Below are positions 11,001-22,076 of a stretch of 64,000 bases of DNA, in pieces. The translations under genes were made by a program, and so were the position numbers. The DNA is taken from NCBI GenBank assembly GCA_002633005.1, contig NMRA01000021.1:341058-405057 (forward strand), given 5' to 3'. The notes under the pieces are model-generated. The model was not told where the DNA came from and searched no databases. It saw only the letters and a program-made list of their open reading frames with translations. The DNA is from Phoronis australis (lineage: Eukaryota > Animalia > Phoronida). Each line of letters starts with the position of its first letter. Positions within the stretch are counted from its first letter, which is position 1.

Positions 11001-14000
11001 CGTCCAAAATTTAAGAATCTTTACCATAAGACCACCCCCTTAAATACTGTTACGGAGAGAACAAATAGTCCTATATATCTTCAAGACAGTAGGCAGTCCA
11101 TTATCACTATTCACGTGATTTATCGTCATAGTAACTCACCAGCATTGCACACATATTGCGACCAGCTGTACTGATGACGCGCATCAGTTTCAACGCTCTT
11201 CGCACGGGTACGCCGTAAACATTGGATGGGTCAACACCTCTAGTCATGTCCCAGGAGCCGGGCAGAAACTCCTTGAAGAGTGTATCCATGAGCCTTGGGC
11301 AGTTGAACACCTAAAACAAAACATACACCGAGGCTGATTGCAAAAAAGTATTTAAATGTCACCTAGTTAAAAACTGGTCACTTGTCGTAATGTGACAACA
11401 GTTTCATAAATTTTTTTGCCAGTGGATGTAAGATTTGCACAATCCAAATTAAATCACTTTCATGCGAGTCACTGTCCCGACTAATAGCTTTAATCCAACA
11501 GACTTGAACCAAATTCAGAGGTGCCACTCAAACACACATCATTTACCTACAATGCTGTACTTCCGTCAGACACATTCACAGCTTGGTTACAGCGGTTCCT
11601 GTTTTTAAAGGGGCAATAAACCTGTGCTTTTGCCAGAAACCAACTTTTCATTTAGATAATTTACTTTTATAAAATCAGTCTCATCTTTTTCATTACTCAT
11701 CTTGTTCATTACTCAGATCAGAAATGATTTGTAACTATGAAAAAACTGACAGGTCATTACTTCTTCAGACCACGCCCATTAAGCTGCATGTCACTGCAGT
11801 TTAGTTTCAGGCACCAAGGCAATTGGTCAGTTAAGGGAAATTCAGGATATTTATTGTAACCAAGTTCAGTTCAAACAAAGGATTTAATCTGTTGAACAGT
11901 TGCATTAGAAAATTCTAAAAAATACATTTTCCAAGTGTGCATACCTCATAAGCACTCTGCATTGAGTGCCTGGACACTCGTATCAAGATGTCCAAAATGT
12001 TAAGTACAGTCTGAGCCTGTGGCCTCCATACTTCAAGGATGTATCGCAGACGTGCCAGCAGCGACATCTGAAGTAGACCCTGAAAATCGCATTTAGACCA
12101 CATGACAAAGCAACATACTAAATCTATACAAGTCCTAAGGTGCTCATTGGTTTACATTCACCTGATGTGACCAATTTCATTATCATTTTAGAAAGGTCTG
12201 AGTCATATCAAAACAGAGTCACACACTTTAACTTATTATTATTTCTTTTTCATTATTTTCGTACTACTGCTAAGCTGTAAACGCACCTCAGCAACAAAAA
12301 CAAATGTTGATGTCAACGCCGTACAGTTATGACATTGGTCTCAACATATTCCTTACACAGGTTAGATGTGATTTTTGGGCTTGGAAAGAACTAACACCAC
12401 GTTCCAGGTCAAGATCAGGCTCAACAATTTAGCTTGTCATGATGGGTCATATTGTGCGCCCAGCATCAACTCAAGCAATCACAAGCTGCAAATTCTTCTC
12501 AAGCTAAAAAACACTTCTCATTTGTGTAAGGAACAATGTGAGACCAGTTTAAAAGAAGCAAGTGGTCTGTCAATTAAAAGTGGTTTTATTGACAGAACAC
12601 TAGTTTAAGACAGCTTCACTTTCCACGTGTTCATAGTGTAATTATGGTAAAATAAAAATTGAAAAACATGTCTTGCCCTAATAACGTCTTCCTTGACTAT
12701 TTCAGCATCTGTCTTCTGATTGGCTGCTTCATCCTCCTCCTCGCCTGCTCCACTATTGGCTGGACTAACAGACGGACATAGTGGTGGTAAGCTATAGCCA
12801 TGGTGCCAGCTGAAGGTTTCATCAAGACATGCCTGAAATGTACATTAATTATTCACCCAAGTAGCAAACAGTATAGTGGACACGAGTGATTTTGTTTCAA
12901 CAAATTTCTCAACAAAAACAAATTCTGACCATTTGAAGAGTTATAAGTTAGCTTACAAAAACATTAAATTACAATAATTATTCTGCCAATTATTTGTATT
13001 CTTATACATGTATTTTAACACCCATCCTAAATAATTAAATAAAATGAAACTGATGACCCACCATTCTATTAAACTAACTCCAAATTAAATGCCTTGGCAA
13101 ATTGAGGACTAAAAAACGCCAGTATTATCGTACATATTTTATAGTTTGCTAACTTCTGCGAGTCACTGTCAATCCTCCTGGCAGGTGGCCCTAAAAACAA
13201 TGAAAATAAACACGAAGATTCAGGTACTATTTGCCCTAACCTCGTCCATTTCATTCACCACCAGGGCAGACAAAGCTGCAACAGAGGCAGACATGACTAT
13301 GTCGGGAGTATCGTCTAGAGCCCACCTCAGGAGAAACACCAACCCGCCATCTATGAGCGACGACAGAAGAGGTGTCTGGACTACTTGTAGTAATTCACCA
13401 TGCTTTGCCTGAAGTGTAAAATACGGTGCTTTTTGGTGTGTGAGAAACAGTATTCTGACCATGACTGTGAATAATGTAAAGCCTGTAATAATTTGCCATG
13501 CTTTGCCTGAAATGTAATGCACCATTAGGCAAATACCGACTTTATGATCACGTTCAAGAATATTGTAAAGCAACAAATTGGCATAAAGAGAATCCATTAA
13601 AAATACCACAAACAAGGCTGTCGACAGGGCAAAAGTTCCAGTAGAAAAACATATGAAGCTGAAAACATTTAAGATTCACATTTAATTTCCTGATATCTTA
13701 CCGTCAAAACATGAACTTTGCTTCCAAATCATATAACAATTTAAAAAATCACCCATAAAGTTCATCTGCTTAATTATCAGCATTTATTTTTAAAAAGATA
13801 TCTCACGATTAAAAACTTTCCACCACTGTACTTACGCTCTTAATTATTTTAGCAATAATCTGCAGGGCGAGTGCTTTTTGTTGGATGTTGGCACTGCGAG
13901 CTAGGGTGAACAATTCCTCTAAAGTGTAACCGGGTCGTTCAGGTTCATCGCCATGGTGATGTAGACCCATGTGGATAGGCACGTTTGAGTCTGACATCAA

Positions 14001-17000
14001 TGGCTTTCCTTGGAGATCAAAGCGAGCCTGCTGACCAGACTGAAAAAATACGATTTTTACGAAAGAGTGATGACGAAATTTGTAGTTACGAAGTGTCCAC
14101 ACGGTGTACTGAATATGCATGAATTTAGGCTCATGCACCAGTATGTTCAAATTTAGGGGACTACATGAAATACTTGAGTAAACCCAAGGAGCAAAACAAT
14201 AAGATAAAATGTGAGTGAGGGTTGACTTAACCAATAGCAGTTACCGCAGTTACACGCATCTAACTGGTAAAGTCACCACAGAATATCTGGAAGAGAACGC
14301 TGAGAAGGGGAGATTTGTAATGAAATCACAAAAACACTAAGGATTTTATTGTTTCATAACTCTTGTTAAGAAAGTTAATTACTTCAAAAAGTCTATCCCA
14401 TAAAACAAGAATCTCAAAGTTGCATTTTTCAGCTGCAAAAACAATGAAGTCCATTCAATGTAATGAAAAGCATCCTTTGCATATAATGTGACTAGAGGCA
14501 ACTTTACACAAATATCAAATGGCAAACATCACTAGACAGGCACAAGTCATTGTGACTATACTGCCTGGCTTAAGTCTACCATTACGTACAATACCTGAGC
14601 AGTATTGGCGGTGGGTTTTGGCAAGTTTTTCATCCACTGTAGTTTATCAGTTTCTACTTTGTCCATGTTTACCCAGTCCACACTGGGTTTCACAGGCAGC
14701 TCATCTGTGGAAGAAATATACAATGCACGCCTACTGGCAAAGAGCTGATAAAAAGGATACAAGAAAAGTACTACTGTCAAGAAAATGGAACTTCTGTGGA
14801 CAGAAATGGAGGTGCTTTATATTCCTTTACAAGTGGCCCAGTAGGAGGGGGTCTAGAACCCGTGGACTATCACCGGGGCCCTCGATTCCTCAATTTTGGG
14901 GTCAAATATCAGCCCCATTTCCCTAAGAAAAACAACTAAAAATGACGTGCAATTCCCCTCATCAGGTTCTAAAAATTCCACTCCAATTGTTAAAGCACTC
15001 TACCCCAATCTTAGAATCACTTTCTGAAAACCATTTTGGCTGCTTGAGGTATGGAGGGGAGGAATTTCCCCTCAACCAAAAAAAATCATCTCTGAGCACG
15101 CAAAGGCACATTTCCCCTCAAGTGAGTGAGGGCCCTGACCACTGTTACTGTTGATCCTTGCCTGACTTGTACCTGCTGATAAGAAATCTTACTGTCCAGA
15201 TAAACTCCAATTTCTATTAATACCTTCAGCAATGGGTTCACTTGCTTTCACGGACTCTTTTGGTTTATGCGAGTCGTCAATAGATGGCGTAAGATGTGGA
15301 CTGTTATCTGAGACACCAAGTTTTTTATGTGCTGCTTCAGTTTGGGTTCTTGATTTGATGAACGACACCAGCTTAGGATCTGTAAATAATATAAATGCAT
15401 GACATCACTGGAATTATATGCATATGTAGTTTAAGGCCAAACTTGACATTTTAACCCATTTTCAGCCATGTATTTTATAGGGGCAAGTAGGACTGTCTAC
15501 CAATTAAAACGGCTATGTCAATTTTTCATGTACATAATAAACATTCCTAGTTCCACACTGTGAAAAGTGTTCTATATCCATTACCAACTCAAGTCAGGCA
15601 AAGGAAATGGAATCCTATCACAGTAAAAAATATCATGAGACCAGGTTTATGAGAGCAAAATGCATAATTCAATTATCATTTTTTAATCACCTAAAAGGCA
15701 AAATCAAGCTTTACGTTTTGTCTAATTACAGTGCGCTGAATAGTTAACTCATTAGAAAATTTGTACAGGTAGGTGATACTAGTTTTATGGGAAATATAGT
15801 TTTTCACGAGGAGGAACCAGAGACCTGTTTCACTAAAATGTTTTCAGACAAAGTCTAAACAGAGACTTACACCAAAACCTACAGTTGGCTATGAGTGTCT
15901 GCTTAAACTCTGTGTACAGAAACATGGTTAAATTTAAACATCACAGTGAAACAGGCAGCTAGTTAATAATTTCTATTTTAGCCAGAGACCATGAAAGCAA
16001 TGTCCCTCTTAATAATTATTCAATTCTGATACTTGTGCAGCGAAGCAAATTTTTCATAATATGTATCAAGTACTCAAACCTATCATTTCTAACAGCATTT
16101 TCTGTTCTGCCAGAATGTCTGCTTGCGACATGGCAGCCAGGCGCTCCCTATTTTCACGGCTGATTTTCTCCGCTTCCTGGCCAGCGTTCGTCATTGTTAG
16201 GCCAGAACCGTCCACCAACTTAGACATGAGAGCAGTGTCTGAAATAAGAATCAGTGAGACAGTGGTAACTGCAACGTAATTGCTGAAACATCAGCTAAAA
16301 CTTCGTCAACAATGTACGAATATGGACAGATCCTGAGAGTAATACTGGGTCAAATGGACTGAGGGAAAGCAATGTTACCAGAGACCAAAGGTGAAGGGCA
16401 TCATTGCTCTCCGAGGTCCATATGACCTGATATGCCTGTGAAATCAGTCTAAATTAGTTTTATTATATTACCACAGATGATTCTTTCCTCCAACTTTTTG
16501 TCTTTCATTTACACCTGCTTAGGGGGGTACAGCGGTGGTCGGATCAGTATGAAACTCATCATCACATATCGTTAGCTTCATAGGAACACGTCTGCCAAAT
16601 TTGCTAAAACAGAGATGACGGCAACGTGCAATCAGCGTGTGCATAAAAAGCTAACCCTTTTCAGATTCTGTATCCATTGGTTCAGAGTCCTTGATCTCTT
16701 GAAACTGTTGGGCGAATATACTTCTCTTGGATGATAAATCTGTATTGATCTGAAACATAAAAAACAAACATAAGAACATTATTTGGTATTGCAAGGCCAA
16801 AAACATGTTCTTTTCCAAATACATACCTTGAAGTTTACAAGCACAAATTCAGGGTATTGAGCATAAGGTAACCGAGGTTAACAAATATACAGTGTGTGTT
16901 ACTTGTGATTTACAAAGAATGACTTCAAAAATAAGCCACAAATCTCCACTAAACTTTCAGAATGTTAAGGTGAGCCTACATCACACAACCCTACTGTTTT

Positions 17001-19773
17001 TTGGTGAAAGTATAGTACAGGATCTTTTTTACTCTTTGGCGTGATCTCAATTTAATTCAGTCAGTAAACTCTGTTCTATGTAAAGGCTCGAGTGTAGGAC
17101 TGAAACAGTGAAAATATTAACATGGGTGATCTAGAAAGTGACCGAAAAGTTAAAATAAATACTAACTAGATTTCATTTTTGATGTGGGAGGGAAGATATT
17201 TTGGAGATCATTATAATCATTTTGCTCTTTCGGGTATAGTTACAATATTACAGGTGAAAGTCTATCTCTACCTGGGTCTGTCTGTGATACACAGTGGGAA
17301 ACCCTGTTGCCATCGGCGATGGAAAAGACGCCTTAACGTTACACTCATTATGTTCCTGAAACATACAAGCACAAGTGATAACATTATTCATATATTTGAT
17401 ACCATTTCAATAAAGAAACTACATACTTTACCTCGCAAGCTACTATTAAAGTACTGCCATTGACGAAGTCTCATTCCAACAAGAAGTATTTTTTCCAAAA
17501 TGAAAATTATCTTATGTATTTTTAGAGTCCTATTTAAGTAACTTATTACGCAGTGAACATCCAAACTGATTATCAAAATTATTTTGTCATCTACTGATGT
17601 CATTCGTTTCCAGCAGTAAAAAAACGTCGCTAATTTTTGTAAGTTTTTAATCCAGTATTAGACTTAATCTTGATCTGTTTCCAGCAGTAAAGTTTATTAC
17701 GGATGTTGTAATCCAATGTTGTATGCATTGAACTCAAGTTCAGCTGCTCAGACAATTTCCACACACCAATGTGGTCCATTACACAAGCTATGGCTTTCAG
17801 CACGCAGTCTTCTTCTTTGACTCAACTTAGTTGACGACTGCAAATTTCAGCAATTAAACTAACTTCTGTCAAAAACCCATGATTCAGATCACTTACCACT
17901 ATCAAATCAGTCTCGGCTTGTAATGAACTCAAATTTAGAGGTGACTCCTGGGCTTGGGAAGGATTATCATTTTGTTATGGCTCAAGCAGAGGCTCAGTGA
18001 GTTGGCTTGTCAAGGTGCGACAATTTTTACACCATGCTCTCAAGCTATAACAAACCCTTAGTCCTTTCCAAGCCCAGAATCCACTTCATACATAAGTAAG
18101 GAACAAGTGGAAACCAGTTTGATTCCGATAAGTGGTTGAAATCTATTTCCAACAGCTTTAAAATAAAACCTAGTTTTTACAAACACCTCTAACACAACAA
18201 TGCATCTAAATGGTTGTCTCTAGAATTAAGGAATGTTTGCTCGGGTGTACTCACAATAATGCTGGACAGTGCTTTGGTAATATGTTGATCATGTTCTGAA
18301 ATGAAATAACAGTTGATAAAGCAGAGATGAAAAGGAAAATCACTACGGTAGAAACTTGAACTGAACTCTACCACTTTCTGTGTAAGCAATAACACTTTAC
18401 CACCATGTGTCTTTGCGGTGCAATATTACCATACAGTTACAAAATAAAGACCTGAGCATTCACAAAGACTCTGAAATAAAACACTACTTTCCTGTCTGGG
18501 TTAAGGAACTCACTATAGATGAAATTTACAATGGAATCACCAGTGAATATTTTGATTTGACAACAGTGCACGCCATTTTGTTTATTTTGCAACCCTACCA
18601 ATTTTCAGAATAAAATTGATCTATCAATATGTTTTACATGTTAATATAATCAAAGAATGAAAATTTTACTTTCAAGTCTTTCTTCAGCATCTTCCTGATC
18701 AATGTTCCTGCTCCTAAGCCTTTCTTTGTCTTCTTTGAACTTTGACTTTTTCCTGGGAGGATTCAGCACAGGGAAATTCTGTGGTAATTCTGAAAACATT
18801 TTATTCAAAATGCAGCGGCAATTTTTTAAATGAAAAGTTTCTTCCAAGTTTTTGGCTATATAGTAATTTTGTTTCAAGAGAATTCACTCAAAACAGAATC
18901 TGCTATTAACTATTAACCTTGAAACTCAAAATGTGGCCAAATGGAAGTGCAGTGCAGACTGGGAACATTGTGCCCCTACTTATAACTTTCTCCATAGCAT
19001 GCTCCATTCAAATTTCACTGCATTCTTGAGGGGTATTAGTATCACTGATAAGCGGTGATATACACAAGTCACCCCACTGTGTTACTCGGACAAGTTACAC
19101 AATAGAGGTTAAAGCATATGACTAAAGAACCAGCAGTTGCAATGCACATCATTTCCCTTTTCTTCTGTTGCAGTTAAACAGTTTTTGCCATTCAAACAAT
19201 GATAAAAATTCAAATTTCAACGACTGATTCAATATTTATCATCAGGTGTTTCTAAAATAGACAGGAAAGAATGTTGCCACAAACAGACAATGGTTATAGC
19301 CTACACCCATCTCTTATCCCTAATCCCCAAACAAAAAGGCCAGTAATTAAAGTGCATGTGCTGGGGTAAGTACTCATTATAATCCCAACCAATAGGAAGC
19401 TGTCATAATTGCCAGCTTGAAATGTGATGTAGCGCCTAATGCAGTCATTCTGGACCATTGTACTCATAAGTTAATAACGACTCAGTCCAACATAAGCGTG
19501 AAACAGTTCAAAAGTTGTTTTATAAATCGAAAATGGTTGAAAGGAGCAGGACTGGAGCTTTTAATACAAAATGAACTTTATCGCAAACTCTGCACAAATA
19601 TTTCACTAACCAAGGCTGACAACATCTCTGTCTGTTTCTGCTTCCTTTTTCACTTCACTGCCAACAGCCGGCTTCACCACTTTCGCTGAGGCATTTTCCT
19701 TAGCTTTCAAGAACTCTTCTTGAAATCTAAGCAGGTCATCTTCATCCTCCTCTCTGTGCGGTCGCTTGAACAT
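2030..19773 (-). CDS. RPAP1: RNA polymerase II-associated protein 1 (multi-exon; 3' end runs out of the window)
   Basis: Hand-spliced, phase-consistent exons (minus strand): 19773-19611, 18789-18670, 18295-18255, 17355-17272, 16749-16656, 16238-16080, 15379-15224, 14704-14595, 14039-13836, 13408-13241, 12832-12677, 12079-11945, 11310-11140, 10507-10452, 9637-9536, 8871-8707, 8167-8029, 7318-7247, 6648-6539, 6030-5826, 5603-5457, 5088-4964, 3621-3418, 2155-2030 (about 1070 codons). Recognisable RPAP1 motifs: N-terminus MFKRPHREEDEDDLLRFQEEFL, KRSIFAQQF, RPAP1_N-like ISRENRERLAAMSQADILAEQKMLLEMIDPKLVSFI, RPAP1_C-like ARFDLQG..GLHHHGDEPERPGYTLEELFTLARS, DVIRGLLQMSLLARLRYILEV, LLVPRDWMFLPIVELY. 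No stop codon is reached in the window. Confidence 0.95.
9681..9912. repeat. 29-bp minisatellite, 8 copies (AGAACAGTAAAGGCTATAWATAGTAAATA)
   Basis: Near-identical tandem units differing only at one T/A position; intronic, about 45 bp from an RPAP1 acceptor. Confidence 0.95.
14874..15137. mobile_element. Short MITE-like element with C(A/G)GGGCCCTC termini
   Basis: CGGGGCCCTC at 14874 and GAGGGCCCTG ending at 15137 are inverted repeats (9/10); flanks ATCAC/ACCAC. Confidence 0.4.
16335..16475. repeat. Imperfect palindromic repeat (Crypton-like or MITE remnant)
   Basis: GGTCAAATGGACTGAGGGAAAGCAATG pairs imperfectly with CATTGCTCTCCGAGGTCCATATGACC. Confidence 0.45.
17948..18077. repeat. Imperfect hairpin / palindromic repeat remnant
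   Basis: CTGGGCTTGGGAAGGATTA..TTTGTTATGGCT pairs with AGCTATAACAAA..TAGTCCTTTCCAAGCCCAG. Confidence 0.5.
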
Positions 19774-20613
19774 TGTTTGCAATAGTGAGACTCAAACTGA
19801 AACCAACAGAAGAGTCAAACATGACTAACTTTGAGTGCTAATAGAGTCCCTGCTACAGAAAATAAGTAATATTTAGCAATAGGTGCTACCCACTCGTCCA
19901 GATGTAACTAAATTGAAACTAGAGTTGTTATCTATAGTGAACCTTGCATCAGTTAAATCCAACGAAACAGAAATTTTATCTGACAATGGCAAAATGCAAC
20001 TCATCTGAAATATTGTGTAGTTTTCGCTCCCAAATCCGGACTTCTAAGCAACTGACACTGATCATTTACAGCACTTTTAATAATTCTAAAAACCAAGAGT
20101 GTTACCAAATACAAAAAATAAGAGGATGTAATAGTAACATAAAAAAGAAATGAACCAGAGAGGTTATATGAATGACTAATTAAAGCAGCAGGGAAATAAT
20201 TTCAATGATTCAAGAGATTTCTACTGCATCAAGACAAAGATTTTAGAATATGGATCCCTCACAGTTGCTGTGAAGAATTTAGTCAGATATTCATCTAAAA
20301 TTATACATACTTATACATTAATTGTACCTTTGGTGCTGCTTGATACAGTAAAAATTCAGGATGTAGAGACATTTACAAAAATGTGATGAACTTAATTATT
20401 CCAACTACCTATATAAAATTCGCAGATAAAAGCTTTCTGATAGACAAAAAATAAGCAAACACCTATTGTGTATGTTTGAAATGTAGTGTGCATAGATCAT
20501 CTCATAGGTTGAAGTGTAGGAGTTTCCACAGTTTGTAAATTAAATTCATTACTGATCCTGATACATGCAGCGTGTGTTAATGTAAGCAAGACACATTGGA
20601 ACACAATTTTTAA

Positions 20614-21195
20614 TAGACAGTGACCACCGTCTCTAGTTGAACTACAGACGGTGAAGCTCCTATCAGCACTTCATCCGCCGGAAGCTTTTCGGCAAATTAT
20701 GCCTCACACTGATTGAAAAAACAGTCACGTTGTTGTAAGTACCTTTTGCGCATAGAGGGACAGCTTAAGAGGCCATTGTTGTCTTTAATTCCTTCCAACT
20801 CGAACGAATACTCCCATAATCTAACTTTTTCTTTGAGCAGTCCTTCATTCAGTTCCTAAAATCGGAAACTGACCATTTTTAATACTGCGCGCAGCATGTG
20901 GTAGGCTATGATGTTGGTGTGCGCTGCATTTTGGAAACCGAAAGAAGAACTACTCAAAGAAAATGTTTGATAACAGGAATATTATTTTGAGTTGGAAATT
21001 GGGAGGAATTAAAGACATCGACAGCTTCTAAGTACTAAGTAGATTGGTGCTGGTCGCTCCACCGATTCCCATTACAAATATAACAAAGTGACTTTAATGT
21101 TTTAATCAGTGTGAGGCATAATTCGCCGCAAAGCTTCCGGCGTCAAAAAGCTTCACCGTCCCTACTGGCCAGCTAGAGACGGTGGTCATTGCCTG
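20614..21195. mobile_element. Long palindromic (foldback) MITE, copy 1
   Basis: TAGACAGTGACCACCGTCTCTAG..AATTATGCCTCACACTGATT is mirrored by AATCAGTGTGAGGCATAATT..CTAGAGACGGTGGTCA. The arms extend almost to the centre. Homologous to 22420-22993. Confidence 0.85.
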
Positions 21196-21299
21196 ACTTG
21201 TTAGCTATATCTTTTACTTTTATCTTGGACTTGGAATTCCCAATAACTGAGGTTCCTTCTGAGGAAACCAAACCTTTGGAGATACGGCAGCTCAAAATG

Positions 21300-22010
21300 G
21301 AGCTACTGTATTAAAAAATGACAGTCAAATACCACGCAAACACGATTAATTTACAGATGTTTACTATCTCACGTACCAGAGATTTGTCAAGCAAAATGCG
21401 CTCAAATAAGCAGGTTTCATGTTTTTAACAGGGGGCGGCCATATTAAAAATACCCGGATAAAAGCTGCAGCAAGGCTAAATTTTTAGTGGTTAAAATTTT
21501 TAGAACTATATTTTAAGTATTAATTAATGAATAACGAACATATTATTAATGGATTAATTTTAAAACGGTAGATTTTATCTATAATTATTCAAATATGAAT
21601 ACAAATAATTATTATTTAACATTATAAATGCCGAAATACAGACTCTTAATTTTACACTTTTATCAACCACCAATAACTTCCATTTCCGCGTGCGCGCGCA
21701 TTTGTTTTTCACCCCTGGCAACTGGAAGCCATCGCAGGGACTACAACTGCATTTTTTTATTTTTATGTTTGTAAAGTGCGTCGCATTTTATCACGGGTAG
21801 GTTTTCCTAGAGTTAAAGTGCTTGCTTCGTTATGAATTAACAGACTTTAAATGAAGTCTTGGATTTTCCTGTGACACGTCCTCGCGAAGTGGAATTCCGA
21901 ATTGGCGAACTGAGTCCGCCTCCAACTCCAAGTACCCACGGCAATAGTCGTCTCTACTTAGCAGTAGAGCTTTTCAGTGAATTATGCCGCACGCTGCTAT
22001 TCACCTAGTT
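21300..22010. promoter_or_regulatory. Probable bidirectional promoter region shared by RPAP1 and TCTE1/DRC5
   Basis: Lies between divergent ATGs (19773 minus, 22077 plus). Both first coding exons are preceded by splice acceptors, so 5'UTR exons must lie between them. Locally CpG-richer. Motif-like words: GCGTGCGCGCGCA (NRF1-like, about 21688-21700), CCCTGGCAAC (RFX half-site, about 21713-21722), GACTACAACT (ACTACA/ZNF143-THAP11-like, about 21739). Confidence 0.55.
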
Positions 22011-22076
22011 TGAAAGTTGAATTTTGTACTCTAAACTCTGTGACTGTTTTTACAATAATTGTTCATTTCAGAAAAA

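Noticed and set aside
16515-16603. Possible extra RPAP1 exon (ttttag..CAG|gtgtaa)
   Set aside because: In-frame TGA in the required phase, only a 52-nt intron upstream, and the flanking exons already join in frame.
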